In this document: piece by piece, positions 38,147 to 49,899 of the stretch
How the letters are laid out: every line of letters starts with the position of its first letter
How positions within the stretch are numbered: position 1 is the stretch's first letter
Source of the DNA: Macrostomum lignano
Lineage: Eukaryota
Reading direction: 5' to 3'
Assembly: GCA_002269645.1 (NCBI GenBank)
Contig: NIVC01000781.1
Coordinates: 1 to 64,000, forward strand
Length of the DNA stretch: 64,000 bases
Position numbers and translations under genes: made by a program
The notes under the pieces: model-generated
Database searches by the model: none
Seen by the model: the letters and a program-made list of their open reading frames with translations, nothing else
What the model was told of the DNA's origin: nothing

Positions 38147-38604
38147 TTCTTCAAATAATTGAATTACATGTCTGTGTAACTTATTTTTTGCAATAAGCTT
38201 TTTGCCTTTTTTATTATCTTATATACCAAACCACTCGAAACTATTTTTAGTAAACAGTTTTAAAACCTTCATTCTATCGCATTTGACTACTTAGCAGTAG
38301 TATTGTTATTGTTTCATTCGAAAATTTATTGCACTTTTTTTGAACGAACTTTGGCTATTTTTTATTGTGGCTTTTGAATGAGCTGTTTGACTTTCTATCA
38401 CCCTAAATAATGAAATAGACTAGATTTTTAATTTAGCTACTTTCCCTTTGTATTATGATGTGCAAAGGCTTAATTTTTTACAGATTTTAATTCAAATTTA
38501 GTCATCAAAAGTTCTAATAGAAAATTCGATAAAATAGTATTTTATCGGTACTGAATTAGAAGGTTATAAATTCTTAAAGGGAGTTTATTTTTATTGATAG
38601 CCTC

Positions 38605-38910
38605 GGAGGTTGTAGCCTAGTGGTTAGAGCGTCGGTCTCACAACTTGAAGGTCAGAGGTTCGATTACCGATCCCACTAGAAACAATTTGTGTCCTTAAGT
38701 AAGACGCTTAAATCTGCATTGCTTCAGCCTTCAATTCACCCAGCTGTAAAATGAGTGCCAGCATTAGCTGGGGTAATTCAGGCTGTGTGTGGCAACCCCC
38801 AGTCCCCTTGGACTGAACAGCCGTACGCAGCCTTCAGATGCGCCGCGCAATAGCTGCGGCTGAGCTGTCGGTTGCACATCTGGCTTAATCATATTATATT
38901 ATTATTATTC
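38605..38910 (+). mobile_element. tRNA-derived SINE (family B) with a CORE-like central domain
   Basis: A-box TAGCCTAGTGG and B-box GGTTCGATT (38657), then TGTGTCCTT..AAG..CTTAA..CACCCAGCTGTAAAATG, and an (ATT)n tail. A diverged second copy lies on the minus strand at 47135-47414. Confidence 0.85.
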
Positions 38911-39073
38911 CTGAGAGTACTGTACTTTCTCTTGTTACATTTCTGATACGTATCTAGTTTAACATAGTTTGTTGACGCGTTCAGGACCAAACTTTAGAAA
39001 CTATTTGCTGAAAACTACTTACTAAGTAGTTTAAAAGCATATTTAGCGACAATTTCCCTGAGTTGTTAATTAG

Positions 39074-42000
39074 TTATGTTGAATATTCATCAATCATCTG
39101 TTCAATATTGTGCAGCAGCTGCTTTAAATCGGTGCATATCTCGCGAGCTAGTCCTCTAAGCTGGTCTCCATTCGAACCGTTCTTAATAGGGCCAATTTCA
39201 GTTGCAGACTTGAGCCTGTAGTAGACCAGAGCCTTCCCTAGCAGCGTCCCTGCTAGGCTGGTCAGCGGCTCGCTCTTGCCTCGGGCCGCTGTTAGCTCGA
39301 ATAAATCAATCAGCTGACGAGTGACAGGCGGCATGGGGTCCACCAGAACCTGGGCTAGTCTGGCCGCATCCGAGAACACTGGCACCACGCTGGCCCCTGT
39401 GCTGGTGGAAGCTCGACTGCGCAGAGCTCGAAGGCCTTCAAGGAATCGTTCTTCGGCGTTGCGCGCTTCAAATGCGTCCGACAGGTCGTTGACGAATTTC
39501 GAAGTCACCTGACGGACGGCCCAGCCGGAGCAGTTGGAGATTGCGGACTGCCGCGGTTCGGTGCGATGCCCGCTGCAATTGGGGTGCGGAGGAGTCAGAT
39601 AGACTGCTGGCGACTGCTGCTTACTAGCCTGCGGAACTACCAAGCCTACCTGATCCCCATCCGGCTCCTCTGACTCTCTTATGACCCCATCTGGCTTCTT
39701 TGACCCCCCTATGACCCCTTAAACCTCCTGACCCCATCTGGCTCCTCTGACTCCCTTAATACCCCTCCTGACCCTCATTTGGCTCCTCTGACTCCCTTTA
39801 TACCCTCCTGACCCTCATTTGGCTCCTCTGACTCCCTTAATACCCCTCCTGACCCCATCTGGCTCCTCTGACTCCCCTATGACCCTTCTTGACCCCATCT
39901 GGCTTCTCTGACTCCCTTGTGACCCTCCTGGCCATCATATGACTTCTCTGACTCCCTTAATACCCCTTCTGACCCTCATTTGGCTCCTCTGGCTCCCCTA
40001 TGACCCCTCTTGACTCCATCTGGCTCCTCTGACTCCTCTATGACCCCTTCTGACCCCTATCATCATCAGGTTCCTCTGACCCCCTCCTGTTCCATCTGGC
40101 TCCTCTGACTCCTCTATGACCCCTACTGACCCCTACCAGGTTCCTCTGACCCACCTCTCGACCCTATCTGGCTTCGCTTAAGACCTCTTAAATCATTCCT
40201 GACCCCCTCTTGACTTGATCCTGACCCTTCCCTCCAGACCTGACACACTGTACTTCAGGTGTGTACGCTCGTACTTTGTTATCAGTATATTGTTAATAAA
40301 TCTACTATAAATCTACATAATCTCCAATGCATTCATAAGTAACCGATTCTTGTAACTCAGAAAAACTTCCAGTTAGTCATTCACCCGTGCAACTGGAAGC
40401 GCGCAATCTGCAATATTCAATTCCAGCCATACCTGACCCGCTCATCGCCGCAGTCCTTGGCAAGCCAGTCGCCCAAATCCATCACGAACTTCAGCTGTCG
40501 AACCAATCGCTTGACTGGGCCATCCTTCAATTCGGAATCGAGCTGATTGAGTACGCGAGCCTCTTCTGTTGCTAAGCAGACCAGTTTGGGCCGACTCAAG
40601 CCGAATAGTAGGTGTCCATGAAGTGCGCAGGTGTCTGATTGATGAAGCAGATCGTCTTCCTGGCTCAGCTGCTGCTTGATGACCACTGGCAAGCCGAATA
40701 TCAGATTTACGGTCACCAATTTCTGATTCATTGTCGTTTCCGCAGTCTCCTGGGCCGAGTGCCACTCGAAGTTGAACTGTAAACGCTTCGGCCTGGCGTT
40801 GTCGGTGGAATCTCTGCCAGCGTCAGCTTGGGGTGGCAGCAGCAGCTTCAGGCTCGGATGATTGAAGTCGTTCAACAGGTCGACTGCTCGCTGAAGTACG
40901 GCTCTTTCAATCGTTGAGATGCAGGCCTTTGGAGGGAAGGATCAGGAAGGGTTTTGATTTGACACCGCGGATTTCACTGCTGACGCGTGGTTCGTATTTT
41001 TGTTTTATCACTGTCTTGCAGGCGCTTTGGGACCCCTCTTGCAGAAGCTTTGGCACCCCTCTTGCAGAAGCTTTGGCACCCCTCTTGCAGAAGCTTTGGC
41101 ACCCCTCTTGCAGATGCTTTGGCACCCCTCTTGCAGATGCTTTGGCACCCCTCTTGCAGATGCTTTGGCACCCCTCTTGCAGATGCTTTGGCACCCCTCT
41201 TGCAGAAGCTTTGGCACCCCTCTTGCAGAAGCTTTGGCACCCCTCTTGCAGGCGCTTTGGCACCCCTCTTGCAGATGCTTTGGCACCCCTCTTGCAGAAG
41301 CTTTGGCACCCCTCTTGCAGAAGCTTTGGCACCCCTCTTGCAGGCGCTTTGGCACCCCTCTTGCAGGCGCTTTGGCACCCCTCTTGCAGGCGCTTTGGCA
41401 CCCCTCTTGCAGAAGCTTTGGCACCCCTCTTGCAGAAGCTTTGGCACCCCTCTTGCAGGAGCTTTGGCACCCCTCTTGCAGATGCTTTGGCACCCCTCTT
41501 GCAGAAGCTTTGGCACCCCTCTTGCAGAAGCTTTGGCACCCCTCTTGCAGATGCTTTGGCACCCCTCTTGCAGAAGCTTTGGCACCCCTCTTGCAGGAGC
41601 TTTGGCAACCTTATGCGCCTTGAAGTTAGCATTTCTTTGCTACACACCTGATGCACACTGGTCTCGAAGTCGGTCATTTCCGCGGCGTCACCAGCGCCAG
41701 TTGTCCATCCTCTATCGACGGCCAACACATTGGAACCTTGCGCCTTGGGCCTCAGTCCGCAGAGGCACAACCGGTTCGTGCTGCGCCACTGCGGCAGGCA
41801 GAAGACAAAATCCATCATAGAGCAAGCAGTGCCATCAGCTTTCGGGAAGTCTTCAGACGCTTTGGCTTCAGAGTCCAGCACTATCAGAGCGCTGCCATCA
41901 GCCCAGCTGCCAATCAGCTCCACGTTGGCGCCGGAAAATACTGCTGGCAGCTCAATTGACAGGCAACGCGTCAAGCTGTCCAAAAACTCGCGAACATCGT

Positions 42001-42472
42001 CTAACAGTTGGTGTCTCAACTTTGCTTCCAACCTGACCGTCTGGTTGTCATTGTCAAAGTCGAACGGCGAGGCGATCCGGGAACTGAGCCAGGCGTACGT
42101 TGGACTCTGATGCGTCAGCAGTCGGGCAGTCATTCGCGCTCGCTCGACTATGCTCAGCTGAGCTGTCGCTATAGGATTCTTGACAAGCAGTTCGTCCTGA
42201 CGCAGCAGCCAGACTAGAGTGGATGACGTATCGCTGTTACAAACTGAACAGGCTTGTCGTCCAATGCCGGTCTGGGCGAATCTTTGCAAACGATGGTGAA
42301 GTTCGCCCACCTGATGCCAACTGTTACCGCTCAAGTTTTCTTCTCTATTGGTTTCGATTTCTGCTTCGGATGAACGGTCGCTTTCCCGATGACCTTTATT
42401 GTCCTTGTCACTAACTGCCGTTTGAGGTGCGTCAAGCTCAGAGACGCGATCGGACTGTTGTATTTCGGTCAT
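39074..42472 (-). CDS. Mab-21/cGAS-like (cGLR-type) nucleotidyltransferase-fold protein, about 650 aa
   Basis: Proposed exons 42472-41648, 40926-40433, 40301-40240 (tentative) and 39645-39074, with consistent phases (0, 2, 1). Features: a long spine-like helix, VELIGSWADG...MDFVF, VTVNLIFGLP, EEARVLNQL...KRLVRQLK and a THLK segment, as in Mab-21 domains. Family assignment is from motif order only. Confidence 0.6.
39655..40235 (+). repeat. Degenerate minisatellite (GACCCCATCTGGCTCCTCTGACTCCC-type) in an intron of the minus-strand gene
   Basis: Read directly. Confidence 0.85.
41018..41610 (+). repeat. 23-bp minisatellite (GCAGAAGCTTTGGCACCCCTCTT)n in intron 1 of the minus-strand gene
   Basis: Read directly; produces a 23-aa period in the spurious read-through part of ORF 40907..42481. 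Confidence 0.95.
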
Positions 42473-43339
42473 CTGTGTCAATTTCTGGATTGTAAAATCG
42501 GCTTCTAGCGTGGGTTAATTATCGAATAATTAGTAATTTGCTTTGCGTTGCAGCCGCTATCAAATTTTACAAGTTTACAGGCTTGCTTGGTCGTTCTATT
42601 ATTCTTGGTACAGCGTATTTTAACCGCTGAAACACAGTGTTGTTTCGGGGGGTTATATTATCTTTCAACTTAAGCTTTATTTTACTGCAATACAATTGAA
42701 TGTAGTGTGTGGGCTTTCAATATATCGCAGCTCGCGAGACTGGCTGCCTCGATCTACTCTCGCATCACAATGGAGAGGCCAGCTGAATGCAGTATTATAA
42801 GTGTGCGATGACCTGCTTACATCACTCCTACTTTGTGTCTGTTTGGGGGTTAATTAAGAAAGGTCAGTAAAGGCAATTGAGCTTGAGTTTGGAAAACTGC
42901 ATCTAACCTGAGTGCAGTTTGCGTTCCAGAAATTGCTTAAAGAATTGGTCACAGTGGAAAAGCAGCTTCGCTTGTTCAGCTCTGAGTACAAGAAGACAAA
43001 CTTACTGCAGCACTCTGGACTGAATATATTTTCCATTAAACTTGTAATGAAACGAGTAGATATATTAGATATCAGATACGGAAACACAGGTATGACAGTT
43101 GATTTATAAGCCCTCCTAAACAGTAACATTTTGAATATTTCGTGCCCTTGCATAATTTCTTCATAGTAAATTCCCAGATAAGTACTGTGTAGGTTAAAGC
43201 CAAAAATAATAAATAAATAAGTTATGCGCAAATAATACTACTTTCCAAGCAAATTTCACACTTCCTACGAAAACGCAGTTTTAAGAAATAAGCATTACAT
43301 ATTTTGATAGACCAAGTCTTTGGCATTTTCTTCAACTTC

Positions 43340-43486
43340 AGCTTTGCGCAGTGGCAGTACCGTAACCAATGAGGTTTACCCGAGGTGCGGTTATTGCTAG
43401 TTGAAAACTATACCCAATACCCCGCACAGGATGCGTGAAATACCGTAGCCTAGTGCAATATTTGAGGGCTCTCACTGTAGAGCCTA
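43340..43486 (+). ncRNA. U4: U4 spliceosomal snRNA
   Basis: 5' AGCTTTGCGCAGTGGCAGT matches the U4/U6 stem II region. CAATGAGG...CCGAGG forms the 5' kink-turn stem-loop, followed by TTATTGCTAG (stem I) and TTGAAAAC...CCCAATACCCCGC. The central stem is intact, the Sm-like site is AATATTTGA, and the terminal hairpin is GGCTCT-CACTGT-AGAGCC. Confidence 0.95.
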
Positions 43487-44532
43487 TCAGTGGTTAAAGA
43501 TACGATTCGACAATTCGTCTAATCTTTTAATAGCGCAGCCGTTTAGCTCACCGTGCAGCTGAGGGAATGACGATCTGCATCTGTGGATGAGTAATAAGGA
43601 CATTTACATTCACCAATGCGATGTTGTCCCTTGCCTTGGTTATGGACTACATCGTGTGAAAATTTTGGCAAGCGCGCATTAACTAGAAATTCCTTGAAGA
43701 TCGGGCCTGTATATTGTGAAAATAACTTGGTCCGTAAACGGTGAAGTATTAAGCATACAGCTAGTAATGATTTCATCCAGCGATTCTTGGAATACCTTGT
43801 GCATTACAATGCAATCCTGACCCAGGGGCCAGGTCCCATCCCAATGGCATGGGACGGAATAAAAACACGAATTAATGTAAACCAAAAAAGGAAGTTACAC
43901 TTTTTACAAGTCAAAGGAATATTTTGTCTAAAAGCCAAATTCGAACCTCACATCAAACGAGTACACAAAAACAGATGTAAATGTTATTAAAATAGTTTTT
44001 ATAAATCAGATAAGTTTCGTTGTTAAAACTGGAGGCTAATCCGGAATACATTTGAATGCTCGCTTATCGTTCTCTTCGCGAACTATCGGCGCGGCGCGCT
44101 CTAAACAACCCAAATACTGACAGATCGACAGAATAAAATATAATATTAGTTAGACTAGAGAAATACTTTATCGTATTCACGTTAATTTAATCTAAAGTGT
44201 GGATAGAAATTACACAGACAGGGTAAAGATGGTAGAGATTTAGTATAGTATGTCTGGACTGGGGACTGGATAAATACATGATCTGAGATTTTACTTCTGC
44301 CCACTTCCAATCCAATCGAATTCCACGTGACATGTGCAAATGGCAGTGCCGAGCCAAGCGCAGTATATTTCTACTTTAAATTAGCCAGATAGGAATAACT
44401 TTGCCCCCATTAAGTTATACAGTTAATCTTAAAATTACCAAACATTTTATATACTTTGGCCTATTAATACTTACACACACTCACACAGATCCAAATTTAG
44501 TTTTTGAGCAAATGCATGACACGTTGATAGAT

Positions 44533-44896
44533 TTTTTTTTTATTAGAGGCAGGGGGGTTGTGTGCACCCTGGCGCACTTTAAGCGACATAGGCACACAAC
44601 TGGCGAGAGGCATTACTGCCCATTCCGCCGACTCCCCTGAGCAGGCATACAAGCGCGCGGATACGTATGCAGGCACACACTCACACAGGAGTGTACAGCG
44701 GCCCTAACTTTATTTTATCGCTAGGCATGTACACTTTACTGCGCCTTGGGGGTTGGCTCTCAAGGCCGTTAATTGCACGAGCAGAGCCCAGCCGAGATTC
44801 CAATTCAGCCCCAAATTAATGTGACTGCACTTGGAATCGAGCCTGGGTCGCTGGCACACCAGAGCAGCTGCGCTACCGCTGGGCTACGGCCCCCCT
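44533..44896 (-). mobile_element. tRNA-derived SINE (family A), full length
   Basis: Reverse complement of 33523-33894 with only scattered differences. 13-bp target-site duplication CACGTTGATAGAT at 44520-44532 and 44897-44909. Confidence 0.92.
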
Positions 44897-47134
44897 CACG
44901 TTGATAGATGGATCCTCGAGTTCTGAATTGCAATAGAACTTTTTTTAGCTTTAAAGGTATAAAACAGCATCTTGTTCCTGTTGTCACTAAAATTATTGGT
45001 CATTGAAATGGCCTAGACATTAGGTCTAAGTCTAAGGAATAGGCCTGGGCCTAGCTCAAGTTTTTTCTTTAATTAAGAGGGCAGTCCCTGTCTGGCTGTC
45101 TGGTGTAAGGCCAAGATGGCCACAACATTGAATATCTTTGGCTCTGCTCTCTTTTTATCATTAATTAGCAACATAGTAGCTATTGTTATATTAATTATTA
45201 TGTTTAATCAATCATATTCATAAATACTAATGCAATAATAGATTTGAAACTAATTAATTACTTATAGGGTAATAGGCCTAATACAAAAACTTTTATCTTT
45301 TTCACTGTTTAGCCTATGCCAATTTATTCCCTATCGTTACATCTATCAAATCTATCTATCTATTTATTAATAAACTATTGCTACTAGTAATGCTATACAA
45401 AAATTATGATAAATATGCAACAAGGCAAGGTATTTATTTTGGTTATTGGTATTGCCAATGGGTGAATAAATATCTATAAGTTAAGCTATAATAAAAGCTA
45501 AAACCAAAGGAACAACAATGACTAAGGCCTAAGGGCCTAATATAATACAATTCCAATATAGCATCTTTTTAGTAGGCCTATCTATTTCTCTTATTATTAC
45601 TATTAGTGAATAGGAAATAAGTGAAATATATAGACGTAGGCTTATTATTATCTTATATCTATTTAGACACTTAGAGCTATAGTCATCTTGGTGTGTGGCT
45701 ATCTTGGTGTGTGGCTATCTTGGTCATGCGCCAGCTATCCCACCCAAGGCCTATTACTGTTTATTAGGACCTATAGGCATAGCTATATTTCTTGTTCTGA
45801 TAGGCCTAATCTAAATATCTTATATAATTTTAGCAGCACTATAGTAGGCCTAGCAACTCTTATAATCATAATAATTTTTAAAAATTAATAACAAAAACAA
45901 GTTATGAGCAAAAATATAATACTATAAGAGGCTAGAGAAAGAGTTTTTTGTTTTTATATTTAAAAATAATTTAGAGTAGAAAACTGGAATAGAAAATTGC
46001 TAGTCTTAAAGGCTCATTCACACTGCAATCAAATAAAAGACCAAATCACACAACTTGTTTGACCATATAGAATTTCTATTTTTTGTAGAAATTGAAAAAA
46101 TCACTTGAAAAACTTAGCAAACTTAAAAATTTTCAAATTCAGCAACAAAAGTTAATAATGCAAAGGTTAGTTAATTAACTAAAATGTTATACATTAGTTG
46201 CTTACCTCTTACATAGCATCCCAAGTTGCACAACACACAAAACTAAACTCAAGCCATTCTATTTCAATTTTCAATGATTTGGTCTTTGTCTAGTTTGACT
46301 GTCGCTTCAAAATTGATTGGTCAATATACCAGTTAGGTTAGTAACTATTTTATTATTTTCTATCACATGAGCCAGGGGTCAGCAAACTCTGGCTGGATTC
46401 AATTTGAATTCAAGATTGTTCGTTTCAAAGAATGAAATTGTTTTCTCAAGTTTGCTGAAAATATATACAATTCAGGCTTAGCTAGTGATACATATATACA
46501 AAATTTCTTGTATAACAAATTAATAAACTTGTATTATCTTCCTCTAAACCCTAGCTTAGCTATTCTAGGCTAGGCCTAGATTCTAGGCTAGGCTAGGCCT
46601 AGATTAGGCTAGGCCTCTAAACCCTAGCCAGATAAGACTAATTAGAATATCTTGGATAGGTATAATATAAATCTCAAAACAAAATGAGTATCAAAATACT
46701 ATAGTTAGTATAATGAGCAATAATAGGCTCAGCTAGTGATACATATGCATAATATTTCTTGCACAACAAATTGAAAAACTTGTATTATCCTCTTCTAAAC
46801 CCCAGCCTAGTCATTCTAGGCTAGGCCTTAATACTTGACTCTAGAAGTATTAGAACTTTACTTTTTTGTTTTGGCTTATATCCTATCCTAATCATGTTAT
46901 ATCTCTATAGGCTATTTGTCATCACCTATCAAGATAGCCATTCACCTGCAAAGATAGGTGTTAATAGCAATGGTAGATCCAAAGTGCTCAATATGACCTT
47001 AAATAGGCTAGATTTTTATTATCTTTCAAATTTGTATGTTGCAACAGATATAATGGAGGGGAGCACTCTGATTTGTAGGAAATTAGTGACAATCCAAAGT
47101 TAGCACCTATATAGACACTTTGCAATGGTGTCTC

Positions 47135-47414
47135 ATTTTTTATTACACCTGCCCCAATTGGGCCAGATGTGCAACCAACAGCTCAGCTGCAGCTATTGAA
47201 GACTCTACGGCTGTTCAGTCCAAGGACTGGGGGGTCGCCACACAGCCTCAGTTACCCCAGCTAATGCTAGCACCCATTTTACAGCTGGGTGAACTGAATC
47301 AATACAGAGTTAAGTGTCTTGCTCAAAGATACAAACTGTTCCAGTGGAACGGGAATCGAACCCCTGACCTTTAAGTCGTGAGTTCAACGCTCTAACCATT
47401 GGGTTACAACCCCC
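47135..47414 (-). mobile_element. tRNA-derived SINE (family B)
   Basis: Reverse complement homologous to 38605-38890; the B-box reads GGTTCGATTCCCG on the minus strand. Confidence 0.85.
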
Positions 47415-47715
47415 TAGGAAGTTATTTCTATACACTTATGCACTGTTTATATTGGCACTTTATATACATCTATTTCTTTAAATCAAGTTATGATCAAGGT
47501 TATGTTTTCAACATTTCAGCTCTATACTTTGCTGCTCAATATATAGAAATTGATTGAAAGTCTGCTAAAAAGATACACAATTTGTTGAGGCGATAATTTC
47601 AATCAGTCAATTCCACTGGGGAGTCTTTGGGGGATTTTGGGATTTGGTGAAAGAAAAACATCCTCTCTAGCATCATTTTGATCACAGTCGAACGACAGAA
47701 AGAAGGAAAACAGTA

Positions 47716-49868
47716 ATGACAGACCGAATGCGAGCTGGCGCGGTGCCAACACCGCCAGCCGGTTCCACTGGTCCTCATCTGCTGGATGTCGGCGGTGGCG
47801 GCGGTGGGATTCCGTCAGCTTTTCAACAGTCACATTATCAGTTCCCCGGAGCCACTCAGCAGCAGCTGAGCCAACAATTCGGACCAGGGGCCATCGATCC
47901 AGCAATCTACGCTGCTGGCGGCATTGCCAACGATAAACGATGGGGCAGCAGCGGCGGTGGAGCTTCAACGATTGAAGCAGCCGGAGATCTGGATGTTGCT
48001 AGCCGGTTTGGCAGGCTGAATATCTGGGACCAGCAGGGTCGAGGCGGTGCTGGCGGCGTTGCGGGGGCCTCGGGCGGGCCGAAAGCTGCCTGGGGTGCAC
48101 CGGCCGTCACCGATGGACCGTTCATGGCTGGCAGCGGCGGAGGCTGGCCGTCGAGTCCTCAGTTGATGCAGCAGCAGCAGCAACAGCAGCGGAGGCATCT
48201 GATGCAGCAGCAGCAGCAGCAGCACCCGAGCCTAGGTATCGGTAGCAGCAGCAGCGAGCACGCCATCTCTCAGCCGATCGATGTTGGCGGCGGAAGACGA
48301 GGAGCTGGAGGCGGCGGCGGCCTGAGCGGTGCCGGCGGTGCCTCTGCCGCTTTTCAGGTTGGTGTCTGGTTGAAGAGAGCGAGCCATTTATGCAGCTCGT
48401 TGCGCTCGCTCTTTGATTGTCAGTCATGTTGTTTCACTGTTCGTGCCTTGTCTGCCTGTGTCTGTTAGCTTGTTTATCTGTCTGTCTGTCTGTGTGCATG
48501 CCTGTTTGTCTGTCTGTCTGTGTGCATGCCTGTTTGTCTGTTTATCTGTCTGTCTGTGTGCATGCCTGTTTGTCTGTCTGTCTGTGTGCAAGCCTGTTTG
48601 TCTGTTTATCTGTCTGTCTGTGTGCATGCCTGTTTGTCTGTCTGTCTGTGTGCATGCCTGTTTGTCTGTCTGTCTGTGTGCATGCCTGTTTGTCTGTCTG
48701 TCTGTGTGCATGCCTGTTTGTCTGTTTATCTGTCTGTCTGTGTGCATGCCTGTTTGTCTGTCTGTCTGTGTGCATGCCTGTTTGTCTGTTTATCTGTCTG
48801 TCTGTGTGCATGCCTGTTTGTCTGTCTGTCTGTGTGCATGCCTGTTTGTCTGTTTATCTGTCTGTCTGTGTGCATGCCTGTTTGTCTGTCTGTCTGTGTG
48901 CATGTCTGTTTGTCTGTTTGTTTATCTGTCTGTCTGTGTGCATGCCTGTTTGTCTGTTTGTTTATCTGTCTGTCTGTGTGCATGTCTGTTTGTCTGTTTG
49001 TTTATTTGTCTGTCTGTGTGCATCCCTGTTTGTCTCTGTAGATGCATGTTGGTCTGTCTGTATCTAGATGTAGATGCCTGTTTGTCTTCTGTGTCTGTAG
49101 ATGCCTATTTGTCTGTCTGTGGATGCCTGTTTGTCTGTCTGTTCCTATCTGTCTTCGGTTTTGTTTCAGTCTGTCTGTGTGCATGGCTATGCGTATAATA
49201 AATACCTGTGTTTGGGTATTTAGTATCTGTGTAAGTCAGTTAGTCTGTCTATACTCGTGCTTATCATACCTAACTCTTACTGCATATTCACCAATCCGCC
49301 CAATTCTGCCCAATCGCTGCTGCAGGACGCCCTGTCTCCTAACAGCAGAGACCTGATGGCAACGGGCCTCCAGATAGTTGACCAGGTGCTAGAGAGCGGC
49401 TCTCCTTTAAATAGCGTTGGACATCCGTTGCAACACTTCCAGCAGCAGCAGCAGCAGCAGACTCAACAGCAACAGCAGCAGAACAGCCTTAGCAACGGCT
49501 TAGCAACGGGGCCAATACAGCCGCACGAATATGTCAGCCTGCTGGAGCAGCAGCAGCAGCAGCACTACAGCGAGCTTCAGCGTAGCTTCATGGCCCAGCA
49601 TCATCGGTTGATGGAGAACCAACAGCAACAACAGCAGCACCCGGCAACCGCCTACGGTGCGGCATTCATGCCGTCCACGCCGCCGGAGTCTGGCGAGCTG
49701 GGCCTATTCGAGCAGCATCATCATCCTCGTCATCAGCTGCTTGCTCAGTCTCCGCCTCCGCTGGCCGCCCATCCGCAGCACGTCGTGTTTTCGCCGCCTC
49801 CTCCTCCGCCCCCGCCGCCATCGATGCATCATCAGCAGCATCCGTTTGGAACCTTCACTGACAGAGAT

Positions 49869-49899
<31 letters not shown>

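Noticed and set aside
40907-41647. Repeat-containing C-terminal part of the 524-aa minus-strand ORF
   Set aside because: It is read-through of an intron: a phase-0 donor lies at 41647 and a pyrimidine-rich phase-0 acceptor at 40927.
42854-43990. Short ORFs flanking U4
   Set aside because: They are interrupted by stops, with no recognisable motifs or consistent splice structure.
46476-46826. About 100-bp diverged direct repeat
   Set aside because: An ordinary local duplication in AT-rich intergenic DNA with no further structure.
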